A DNA stretch of 10,674 bases from Oligoflexales bacterium (GTDB lineage Bacteria; Bdellovibrionota_B; Oligoflexia; Oligoflexales; CAIYRB01), in the NCBI GenBank assembly GCA_041736175.1, contig JBGSUI010000045.1, forward strand, positions 1 through 10,674, read 5' to 3'. Below the pieces are notes generated by a model. It ran no database searches. It had not been told where the DNA came from and saw only the letters and a list, made by a program, of their open reading frames with translations. Below are positions 1 to 7,169 of this stretch, in pieces. A program made the translations under genes and the position numbers. Positions within the stretch are counted from its first letter, which is position 1. Every line of letters begins with the position of its first letter.

Positions 1-61
1 GACGTGGAGCCAAACATAAGCCGCAGGAAGCGATAGCGACCTGCGCATCTGTGGTAGAAGC

Positions 62-94
62 GTCAAAAAAGAAAAGGAAAGCAGCGAAAGCTGC
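62..94 (-). terminator. Rho-independent terminator for the minus-strand gene 118-660
   Basis: GCAGC-GAAA-GCTGC hairpin at 81-94. On the minus strand it is immediately followed by the U-rich tract UUUCCUUUUCUUUUUUG (plus coordinates 62-80). A second perfect hairpin, GCACCCC-TTTA-GGGGTGC (110-127), overlaps the stop codon at 118-120. Confidence 0.5.
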
Positions 95-117
95 TTGACC
101 TTGGAAGCCGCACCCCT

Positions 118-660
118 TTAGGGGTGCTGGTAGTTCACCAGGACGGTTTTGATCTTAGGAGTTTCGATGGTTTGTTTGAGAAGGCGTGCTTCGTATTTGC
201 CATTCAGACGTCGGTGCAGCGCCCAAAAAATCCTTTTGAGATCATTATTGTTTAAAATGAAAGCCGCGTCTTCGATGGCCTCGAGCCCGCGCAAAAACTC
301 AGGCTTTTGCATTTCCTTGTTGGCCTGCTGAGGGTCATTGTCGCCAAAAAATCCAAATTGACTGAATTCTTCATTAAACCAATTAAAAGAAATGTCGGGC
401 CCCGTTTTTCTTCGGTCAGATTTGAAATAGACCGCGACTGATGCGTTGTCGTCTTTTAGATTAGAGAGATTTAGACCCCAAAAATTATCCGTGGAAAGAT
501 TCATCTCGACTTCAACGTCGCCAACCTTGGCTTTGACACTCTTACCTCTATTTTTTACAACCAGCTCGTTTATGGCTATCCAATACTCATCCATCGCAGG
601 ATTGTCTGTTGCAGCGACGACGCTGCCGTCCTGAAGGGAGCGCGGACGGACGCAGGACAT
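118..660 (-). CDS. Hypothetical protein of 180 aa with no recognised domain
   Basis: 180-codon ORF from an ATG at 660 on the minus strand. An AGGAA Shine-Dalgarno lies about 9 nt upstream. The ORF is followed by hairpin terminator structures. The protein shows no transmembrane segment and no motif I can assign. Confidence 0.6.
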   Translation of the reverse strand: MSCVRPRSLQDGSVVAATDNPAMDEYWIAINELVVKNRGKSVKAKVGDVEVEMNLSTDNFWGLNLSNLKDDNASVAVYFKSDRRKTGPDISFNWFNEEFSQFGFFGDNDPQQANKEMQKPEFLRGLEAIEDAAFILNNNDLKRIFWALHRRLNGKYEARLLKQTIETPKIKTVLVNYQHP

Positions 661-960
661 ATCGAAGGTTCCTGAAACGAGATCTTTGATCGGTTTTGTG
701 GGAGCTTAAAGCAGTTCATTTTGAGTCCTTCGGTTGCATGTATTTATTGTAGGAAGTAAATCCTTGAGAAACCACAGGGCATGCCGTGAGCAGAGGTTAT
801 GCAATAGACAGGCCAACCATGGCGAACAATCGATGCCAATGGTTGTTGCTTGGATTTTCTATATTGATTTATGCGAGTAAGCCCAAGGTCTGGCGGACGG
901 AATCTCCTCAAAAGTCCGATGGTCAAAGCGTTTGCGAGTGTACAATCAATGTACTAATGT

Positions 961-1012
961 GGCCATTGGCCTTGAGTCTGTGTTGAGACAAGGTTAAGAA
1001 CCAAAGAACCTA
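961..1012. repeat. 52-bp repeat, copy 1 (ggccattggccttgagtctgtgttgagacaaggttaaga[a/t]ccaaagaaccta)
   Basis: Matches 3800-3851 at 51 of 52 positions in direct orientation. It contains the GGCCATTGGCC dyad and an imperfect CCTTG...CAAGG inverted repeat. It lies about 280 bp upstream of the SPFH gene. Confidence 0.9.
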
Positions 1013-1045
1013 CTTTTTCTTCCTCCCCACGCCAGGTACGGCCAC

Positions 1046-1112
1046 GTGGTCTCAAGGTCATCTGGAGTGTGGACAATCGATATTTAACCATCTCTTTGAT
1101 AAGTTTCCGAGG
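1046..1112. repeat. 67-bp repeat, copy 1 (gtggtc.caaggtc.tctggagtgtggacaatcgatatttaaccat.tctttgataagtttccg.gg)
   Basis: Matches 8308-8374 at 63 of 67 positions in direct orientation. It sits 33 bp downstream of 52-bp repeat copy 1. The hypothetical ORFs that cover the two copies are on different strands and frames, so conservation is at the nucleotide level and not protein-coding. Confidence 0.85.
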
Positions 1113-1280
1113 TGGGGAGCTTCGGCTATTGCCATCATAGCTCCTTAGGTTTACATGTAACAACCAATAATTGCTTTTTAATTTGCATCTCCTTGCTTTT
1201 GACGAGTCTTTTTCCTCAAAAGATGCTCTGTAAAACCCGACACCTTTATGTCTGCCAACCTTGGCAGAGCAGATTTCACC

Positions 1281-1286
1281 AGGAGG
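1281..1286 (+). promoter_or_regulatory. Shine-Dalgarno AGGAGG for the SPFH gene
   Basis: AGGAGG lies 7 nt upstream of the ATG at 1294. The TTG at 1261 used by the ORF track is probably not the real start. Confidence 0.6.
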
Positions 1287-1293
1287 ATTAAAA

Positions 1294-2343
1294 ATGTCTA
1301 TCGTTCAATCTCTAAAAAACCAACTCCGCTCCGTCATCGAGTGGGAGGGGTTTGACAGCAGCGCGGTACTTTGGCAATGGACCATCAACGGTGACGAAAT
1401 TAAAAACGCATCAAAACTTTTGGTAAAACCTGGTCAGGGCTGTTTTTTCCTCCACGAAGGAAAAGTTGAGGCTATCCTAACTGACTCTGGAACCTACACA
1501 CTTAAGACTGCAAATATTCCGTTTTGGACCACCGTATCAAAATTTATGCAGGCCTTTGAAAGCGAGCATAAGGTGGGAATCTACTTTTTTCGCAGCGGTC
1601 CCCTCGTCGATCAGAAATGGGGCACCACAAATCCCATCAAATACTTTGATGCCAAATACGAGCAATCTGTGATGCTTAAAGCCTTTGGAACCTATACCGT
1701 CCAAGTGTTGGAGCCAAAGTCTTTTTTAGAGTTTGTGGCGTCGGCACCGTCGTTTTCGGGGGAGCAGCTCAGGAGTGCTTTATTTTCGCGGCTGGAACAG
1801 TCTATCAAAGACAGCATTGCCGAGTGCCAGTTTGGCTTTGACGAGATTGATTCTAAACTTAACGAGATTAGCGCAAAAACCCGAGACCACCTAAATAACG
1901 ATGTGGCAAACTTAGGGTTTAAAATCACGGATTTCAGGATTAACGGTACGACCTTTGACGAACAGACCACAAAAAATATCCAAGAGATCTCTCGGGCCGC
2001 AGCCGAGGCCATGGCCGCCAAAAAACGAGGTCTCACCTACGCCCAGCAGGCACAGATCGATACGATGAAAATTGCGGCGGCAAACGAGGGGGGAGGGCTG
2101 GCCGCGACGGGAGCTCAGTTGGCTGCTGGTGTTGGGATGGGCCAAATGATGGCTGGAGCCATGGCTGCCAACCTGGCAGCATCCACACCACCCCAAGCGG
2201 TACAAACCCAGGTAAGCCAAAGTCCGCACGACGCAAACGAGCCGGTAAAGCGCCTTAAAAAACTCAAAGACTTGTTTGACGCCGGCTTGATCGATGCCCA
2301 GGAATTTGAGTCTAAGAAGAAGGAGATACTAGCAGATATTTAA
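1294..2343 (+). CDS. SPFH/Band-7 family protein (Band_7_1, YdjI-like) with a C-terminal SHOCT-type motif
   Basis: The N-terminus, MSIVQSLKNQLRSVIEWEGFDSSAVLWQWT, matches the characteristic start of YdjI/Band_7_1 SPFH proteins. A central coiled, Ala/Gly-rich linker follows. The C-terminal KRLKKLKDLFDAGLIDAQEFESKKKEILADI is a typical SHOCT bihelical motif. The start has a strong RBS. Confidence 0.85.
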   Translation: MSIVQSLKNQLRSVIEWEGFDSSAVLWQWTINGDEIKNASKLLVKPGQGCFFLHEGKVEAILTDSGTYTLKTANIPFWTTVSKFMQAFESEHKVGIYFFRSGPLVDQKWGTTNPIKYFDAKYEQSVMLKAFGTYTVQVLEPKSFLEFVASAPSFSGEQLRSALFSRLEQSIKDSIAECQFGFDEIDSKLNEISAKTRDHLNNDVANLGFKITDFRINGTTFDEQTTKNIQEISRAAAEAMAAKKRGLTYAQQAQIDTMKIAAANEGGGLAATGAQLAAGVGMGQMMAGAMAANLAASTPPQAVQTQVSQSPHDANEPVKRLKKLKDLFDAGLIDAQEFESKKKEILADI

Positions 2344-2382
2344 AGCGAGTTTACAATATGGTTCGGGTTTATAAAGGAAGGT

Positions 2383-3525
2383 ATGGCTATGGGTATGCGT
2401 GTAAAAAAACAACTAATCTATGAATTCTGGGACTGTCCCCAGTGCGGTGCTCAAGGCATCCTAGGGTCAGCAGAATCCTGTCCCCATTGCTCAAAGCCTC
2501 GAAACCAAAGCATCAAATTTTATCGGAAAAGCGACCAAGAGATCTTGGTCGAGCAAGAAAAGCTCAGCAGACACAGTGGAGGAGCTGACTGGATTTGTGA
2601 ATACTGTGATGGACTCAACGCCGCGATGTTGACCCACTGTGGTTCGTGTACCGCCGAAAAATCTGCAAATGCCAAGACCGTTGTTGACCCAGGGCCTAAA
2701 GACATTCCCCCTCCTAAAGTCGAAGCATTATCTAAAGGTCCGCCCACTAAAAGCCGACGGCGGTTGATTCTTGGTCTGGTGGTGGCATCAATCGCTGCTC
2801 TCTTATACTGGTCTATGGCTGCGGAAAAAAACACCTATAGGGTGGACCAAGTCTCCTGGAGTCGCAAAATAATCGTGGAGCGTTACGTGCGGGAGTTCCG
2901 AGAATCATGGGAAGATGAACAGACCGGTGACGACATATCGCTTCTCACCAAGAAATCTAAGGTCAGGTCCTACAAGGATGTTCTCGACCACTATAAGACC
3001 GAGACCTATTCCGAAGAGGAATCCTATCAGTCAGGTAGTCGCGAAAAATGCTCTACCGAGTATAAATCCACGGGCAATGGTGCTGCAGAAAAAATCACTG
3101 CTTGCCACGACGAGCCGGTTTATGCAACAAGGCAGATCACAAAAACCAGAGAGGTTCCCGTCTATAGAAAAGAGCCAGTTTATGCAAACTGGGTTCGGTA
3201 CCAATCAAGCTTTTATAAAGACCATCAGGTCTTTGAAAGCTCCGGGACAAACAATGCTCCCCAATGGCCTAAAACTAAATTAGGAACGGGGGTCTCGCAA
3301 AGACCCGACCGGGAAGGTGCGCGGGACGGTCTTTATCGAGTGACGTTAAGGAGAATGTCTCCCAGTAAAAAAGCGCCTCCTTCCGTCACGATCACGACGA
3401 TAGAAAAGCGATTTGTCGATCACTATGAGATCGGCAAAGAGATCGCTGTGGACTATCAAAATGTGGGCGGTCTGCAGTGGCCCGAGGGCGACAAGGAGGA
3501 ATCAAGCTCTACTGACAAACCTTGA
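2383..3525 (+). CDS. Double zinc-ribbon single-pass membrane protein (YdjG-like partner of SPFH/Psp modules)
   Basis: Two CxxC...CxxC zinc-ribbon units (CPQC..CPHC and CEYC..CGSC) lie at the N-terminus. One hydrophobic transmembrane helix follows (RRRLILGLVVASIAALLYWSMAA). The C-terminal domain of about 230 aa has repeated EPVY/VPVY motifs. The gene begins 40 bp after the SPFH gene with no terminator between them. The start could be the ATG at 2383, 2389 or 2395; the RBS AGGAAGG at 2373-2379 favours 2389 or 2395. Confidence 0.8.
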   Translation: MAMGMRVKKQLIYEFWDCPQCGAQGILGSAESCPHCSKPRNQSIKFYRKSDQEILVEQEKLSRHSGGADWICEYCDGLNAAMLTHCGSCTAEKSANAKTVVDPGPKDIPPPKVEALSKGPPTKSRRRLILGLVVASIAALLYWSMAAEKNTYRVDQVSWSRKIIVERYVREFRESWEDEQTGDDISLLTKKSKVRSYKDVLDHYKTETYSEEESYQSGSREKCSTEYKSTGNGAAEKITACHDEPVYATRQITKTREVPVYRKEPVYANWVRYQSSFYKDHQVFESSGTNNAPQWPKTKLGTGVSQRPDREGARDGLYRVTLRRMSPSKKAPPSVTITTIEKRFVDHYEIGKEIAVDYQNVGGLQWPEGDKEESSSTDKP

Positions 3526-3799
3526 GGTTGCTCTTGGATTTTTGAACGATCCAAAAGGGCTGTGAGTTCTGGAACCTCAGGTGGAAGAGCCGGAGTAAAA
3601 TCTTGGGCTTTGAGGGCGGTACCTGCCAAGATGATTCCTAGAAAAACAAAGGGATTTTAGAGTGACCAAGGTCCATTGAGAGTATCATCATGATAATAAA
3701 GATTAAAATCGAGTAAGTAGGGGTTTGGATAAATCCTCTATGTCGGCCTCTGGACGGGGCGGGGTCAAGACACTTTTAGCACGTCTTTGTATCCGGTGC

Positions 3800-3851
3800 G
3801 GCCATTGGCCTTGAGTCTGTGTTGAGACAAGGTTAAGATCCAAAGAACCTA
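3800..3851. repeat. 52-bp repeat, copy 2
   Basis: Matches 961-1012 at 51 of 52 positions. It lies about 70 bp upstream of the GTG start of the oppD-like gene. Confidence 0.9.
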
Positions 3852-3922
3852 GAGGGGAATCCCTAACAAGAGACTATCTCAACCTTCGAGACATCCGGGC
3901 CTCAAGAAAGGCAAAGCCACCT

Positions 3923-4981
3923 GTGACTGACCCCCTGCTTAAAGTCGACCAATTGGTCACATCCTTTAAAGTCGAAGCCGGAGTGCTCCGGGCAGTCGAT
4001 AAAGTCAGCTTTAGTATCAACCGGGGTGAGACGGTCGGGCTTGTGGGCGAATCAGGCTGCGGTAAGAGTGTCACCTCCCTGTCTATTTTAAGACTGATCG
4101 CCTCACCTCCAGGACTGATTGAGTCGGGTAAGATCCTCTTTGATGGCCAGGATCTCGCCCAGCTCTCCGAAGAAGAGATGCGAAAGCTGCGGGGAAACCG
4201 CATCTCGATGATCTTTCAAGAGCCCATGACGAGTCTTAATCCGGTGTTTACCATCGGTGACCAGATCGGCGAGGTCTTTAGGATCCACCAAAAATCATCC
4301 CGCGCCGAGGCTCGTAAAAAAGCCATCGAGATGCTCCACTTGGTCAAAATCCCTGCTCCCGAGGCACGGGTTGATGAATACCCCCACCAACTCTCCGGCG
4401 GCATGAGGCAGCGGATTATGATCGCCATGGCTTTAGCCTGTCGCCCCCAGCTGTTGATTGCAGACGAGCCCACGACCGCCCTTGATGTGACGATCCAAGC
4501 ACAGATTCTCGACCTGATCGAAAGCCTGCAAAAAGAACTCAATATGGCGGTCCTCCTGATCACCCACGACCTGGGTGTGGTGGCTGAGGTTTGCGACAAG
4601 GTTGTGGTGATGTATGCAGGTAAGGTAGTCGAACAGGGGACGGTGCACCAACTCTTTACCAATCCCCAGCACCCCTACACCCAAGGGCTGCTTCGCTCTA
4701 TCCCTAAGCTCGGCCATAAGTCCGAGTATCTGCCGACGATCGAAGGAACAGTTCCCAGTTTAGGAAATCTACCTCAAGGCTGCCGCTTTCAAACCCGATG
4801 CTCCCAGGTTTTTGACCGGTGTCGGACCGTGGAGCCTCCTTTGGTCCCTGTCCCTACGGGGTCAGGACCAACCCGCGACCTCGATGATTTAGGTTTAGGC
4901 CATGCCAGTGCCTGTTACCTGGTCCAAGGCGCAAGTGGACCCCATATCGACGGGAGGCCTGGTCATGACTCCACTCCTTGA
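3923..4981 (+). CDS. oppD: Oligopeptide/dipeptide-type ABC transporter ATP-binding protein (OppD/DppD-like)
   Basis: Walker [12 protein letters not shown] signature LSGGMRQR and Walker [13 protein letters not shown] are present, as is the oligopeptide-ABC C-terminal region ([17 protein letters not shown]). The gene uses a GTG start with an AAAGG RBS. Its 3' end overlaps the next gene by 17 nt. Confidence 0.9.
   Translation: MTDPLLKVDQLVTSFKVEAGVLRAVDKVSFSINRGETVGLVGESGCGKSVTSLSILRLIASPPGLIESGKILFDGQDLAQLSEEEMRKLRGNRISMIFQEPMTSLNPVFTIGDQIGEVFRIHQKSSRAEARKKAIEMLHLVKIPAPEARVDEYPHQLSGGMRQRIMIAMALACRPQLLIADEPTTALDVTIQAQILDLIESLQKELNMAVLLITHDLGVVAEVCDKVVVMYAGKVVEQGTVHQLFTNPQHPYTQGLLRSIPKLGHKSEYLPTIEGTVPSLGNLPQGCRFQTRCSQVFDRCRTVEPPLVPVPTGSGPTRDLDDLGLGHASACYLVQGASGPHIDGRPGHDSTP
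4952..4957 (+). promoter_or_regulatory. Shine-Dalgarno GGGAGG for the oppF-like gene
   Basis: GGGAGG lies 7 nt upstream of the ATG at 4965. This supports the internal start over the ATG at 4902. Confidence 0.55.
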
Positions 4982-5951
4982 AGTCCGCAACCTCATAAAA
5001 TACTTTCCTATCAAAGGGGGAGTTTTTGGCAGAGTCGTTGCCAAAGTCCATGCGGTGGACGGTGTCAGTCTGTCTATGCTGCCAGGCCAAACCTTAGGTC
5101 TCGTGGGTGAGTCGGGCTGCGGCAAGTCCACCTTAGGCCGGGCGATCCTTCGGCTGCACGAACCCTCCTCTGGCCACATTCAATTTGATGGTTGCGATCT
5201 CCTTTCGCTGACGACCAGCGAACTCCGTGCAAAACGTCGGGATATGCAGATTATATTTCAAGACCCCTTTTCCTCCCTCAATCCGCGGATGACCGTGGGA
5301 TCTATCCTCGCGGAGCCCTTTTTGATCCATAGGCTATGTTCAAAAAAGGAAACCACCCAACGAGTTAAGGAGCTATTAGAGACAGTTGGACTGCCTCCCG
5401 AGGCGGATAGCCGCTATCCCCACGAGTTTTCCGGTGGCCAACGGCAGCGTATTGGGATCGCCCGGGCGATTGCCCTTAGACCTAAGCTGATCGTTGCGGA
5501 CGAACCCGTCAGTGCTCTCGATGTTTCGATCCAATCCCAGATCCTTAATCTGCTGGTAGATCTCCGTAAAAAACTCCAGCTCACCTATCTTTTTGTGGCC
5601 CATGATCTCGCGGTCATCGAACACATCAGCGATTTTGTCGCCGTGATGTATCTGGGAAAGATTGTCGAATACGCCTCAAGCGAACAGCTTTACTTGAAGC
5701 CTTCGCACCCCTATACCAGAGCCTTGATCAGTGCCATTCCCGTCCCTAAAGTCAGCCTTCCAGGGACTCCTAAAAGACAGCGGCAGATCCTGATCGGCGA
5801 TGTGCCTAGCCCAATTAATCCACCTTCGGGATGTTATTTTCATCCCCGGTGTCCCCTGGCGACCGACAAGTGTAAGCAAGAGGCTCCGGCCCAACGCAAT
5901 ATCAGCGGCGCGGGCAAACCGCCCCATTTGGTTGCTTGTCATTATGCATAA
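4965..5951 (+). CDS. oppF: Oligopeptide/dipeptide-type ABC transporter ATP-binding protein (OppF/DppF-like)
   Basis: The N-terminus [19 protein letters not shown] is typical of OppF/DppF. Walker [10 protein letters not shown], signature FSGGQRQR and Walker [13 protein letters not shown] are present, with a C-terminal [12 protein letters not shown] motif and a CxxxRC..C tail. It is translationally coupled to the neighbouring genes at both ends. Confidence 0.9.
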   Translation: MTPLLEVRNLIKYFPIKGGVFGRVVAKVHAVDGVSLSMLPGQTLGLVGESGCGKSTLGRAILRLHEPSSGHIQFDGCDLLSLTTSELRAKRRDMQIIFQDPFSSLNPRMTVGSILAEPFLIHRLCSKKETTQRVKELLETVGLPPEADSRYPHEFSGGQRQRIGIARAIALRPKLIVADEPVSALDVSIQSQILNLLVDLRKKLQLTYLFVAHDLAVIEHISDFVAVMYLGKIVEYASSEQLYLKPSHPYTRALISAIPVPKVSLPGTPKRQRQILIGDVPSPINPPSGCYFHPRCPLATDKCKQEAPAQRNISGAGKPPHLVACHYA

Positions 5952-7035
5952 CGTCCACCCTAGGCCAGACAAAACCCTGATCTGTCTCACAGGAGGCGGC
6001 ACGGCGGGGCATGTCACGCCTCATTTTGCATGGACGCCTTTTTTTGACAAACAAGGCTGGGATTATATCTATATCGGATCTCAGGGTTTAGAAAAATCCC
6101 TTGTGGAAGCCCAAAAGATCCCTTTCTATACCATCGCTGCGGGTAAACTCCGCCGCTATGCCTCCTGGCAAAACTTTACGGATCTCTTTAAAGTGGTCGG
6201 GGGGTTTTTCCAGGCATTTCGAATTTTAGGCCAAACCCGACCCAGCCTTATCCTGAGCAAAGGGGGATTTGTGGCGGTGCCGGTTGCTGTGGCAGGCTGG
6301 TTGCGGAAGATCCCGGTGATCTCCCACGAATCAGATGTATCCCCAGGACTCGCCAATCGGATCATCGCCCGGTTTGCCCACAAGATCCTCTACGCTTTTC
6401 CCGAGACAGCCCAATATATCAGCGGCGATAAAGGGGTATATGTGGGCGCACCGGTACGGGCTGACCTGGCCCTTGGGGACAAAAACCGAGCTGTCGCCCT
6501 GTGTGGATTCCAAGATTTTGACCCTAGCCTGCCGACGCTTTTGGTGATGGGCGGAAGCCAAGGGGCCCAGCGTATCAACGATGCTCTTAAGATCATATTA
6601 CCAACTCTTACCCAGTCTATGCAGGTGATTCACCTGACGGGCAAAGGCAAGACGATAGGCTTTCAGCATCCTCGCTATAAAGCTTTTGAGTTTGTGTCCC
6701 AAGAGTTTAAAGACCTCCTCGCCCTGTCGACCCATGTGGTTAGCCGTGCGGGGTCTAACTCCATCTTCGAACTCTTAGAGCTCCATAAGCCGATGCTTTT
6801 GATCCCTCTTGAGCTTGGAAGCAGGGGCGACCAAATCCTCAACGCCAACTCCTTTGCCCGCCAAGGCTGGTGTTTGACCTTAAGGGACAAGGATCTATCG
6901 GAGACGTCGCTCCTCGCTGCTATTAAACAGCTGATCGACCAGGGTCCACAGCTGGTCCTCAAACACCAATCCCGGCCCACCAGTCATACCTGTGATAGGG
7001 TAGTGGACGAGATCAAATCCACTCTTAAGATCTAG
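5944..7035 (+). CDS. murG: MurG-type GT28 glycosyltransferase (UDP-GlcNAc:undecaprenyl-PP-MurNAc-pentapeptide GlcNAc transferase)
   Basis: The N-terminal G-loop [15 protein letters not shown], the HESD motif, GAPVR, GGSQGAQ and SRAGS all align with conserved MurG motifs (GGTGGHVFP, HEQN, GNPVR, GGSQGA, SRAGA). The start ATG at 5944 sits in the sequence ATGCATAA, which overlaps the oppF stop codon. The longer form starting at 5800 in the ORF track is an upstream extension. Confidence 0.8.
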   Translation: MHNVHPRPDKTLICLTGGGTAGHVTPHFAWTPFFDKQGWDYIYIGSQGLEKSLVEAQKIPFYTIAAGKLRRYASWQNFTDLFKVVGGFFQAFRILGQTRPSLILSKGGFVAVPVAVAGWLRKIPVISHESDVSPGLANRIIARFAHKILYAFPETAQYISGDKGVYVGAPVRADLALGDKNRAVALCGFQDFDPSLPTLLVMGGSQGAQRINDALKIILPTLTQSMQVIHLTGKGKTIGFQHPRYKAFEFVSQEFKDLLALSTHVVSRAGSNSIFELLELHKPMLLIPLELGSRGDQILNANSFARQGWCLTLRDKDLSETSLLAAIKQLIDQGPQLVLKHQSRPTSHTCDRVVDEIKSTLKI

Positions 7036-7169
7036 CCAACTCAGTGGGGATCAGGCCTGCCCAACTTCTCTAAAAGTGGCACCTGAATCTTCGCTTGTAA
7101 AGCATCTGAGTAAGGACCTGTCAATAAATAACTTGGACACTTTCTAATTAAATAGTCTATAGTCCAAGA

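Noticed and set aside
744-1163. Small ORFs 744-926(-), 786-986(+) and 954-1163(-) in the intergenic region
   Set aside because: They overlap each other and the nucleotide-level repeats. The other repeat copies are read in different frames and strands, the ORFs lack RBSs, and the sequences are low-complexity. They are most likely spurious.
1261-1293. TTG start at 1261 for the SPFH gene and a sigma-54-like TGGCAG-N5-..TTTCA motif at 1262-1279
   Set aside because: A strong AGGAGG lies 7 nt before the ATG at 1294. The Band_7_1 N-terminal signature begins at that Met. The sigma-54 motif is a poor match and would place the transcription start inside the RBS.
4902-4964. Upstream ATG at 4902 for the oppF-like gene and upstream extension 5800-5943 for murG
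   Set aside because: The conserved N-termini ([10 protein letters not shown].. and the MurG G-loop just after MHNVHP..) begin at the internal ATGs. These have RBS or stop-start coupling. The longer forms would create large overlaps with the upstream genes.
1692-6980. Many antisense or off-frame ORFs inside the SPFH, zinc-ribbon, oppD, oppF and murG genes (for example 1912-2229-, 2520-2834-, 2915-3283+, 4216-4662-, 5676-6017-, 6675-6980-)
   Set aside because: These are shadow ORFs of the confidently assigned genes. They have no domain signatures and carry Arg/Pro/Ser-rich, low-complexity translations typical of the wrong frame.
7076-7100. TGGCAC...TTCGC sigma-54-like sequence downstream of murG
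   Set aside because: The spacing and the -12 element do not fit TGGCAC-N5-TTGC. It lies before a dead transposase, with no gene to drive.
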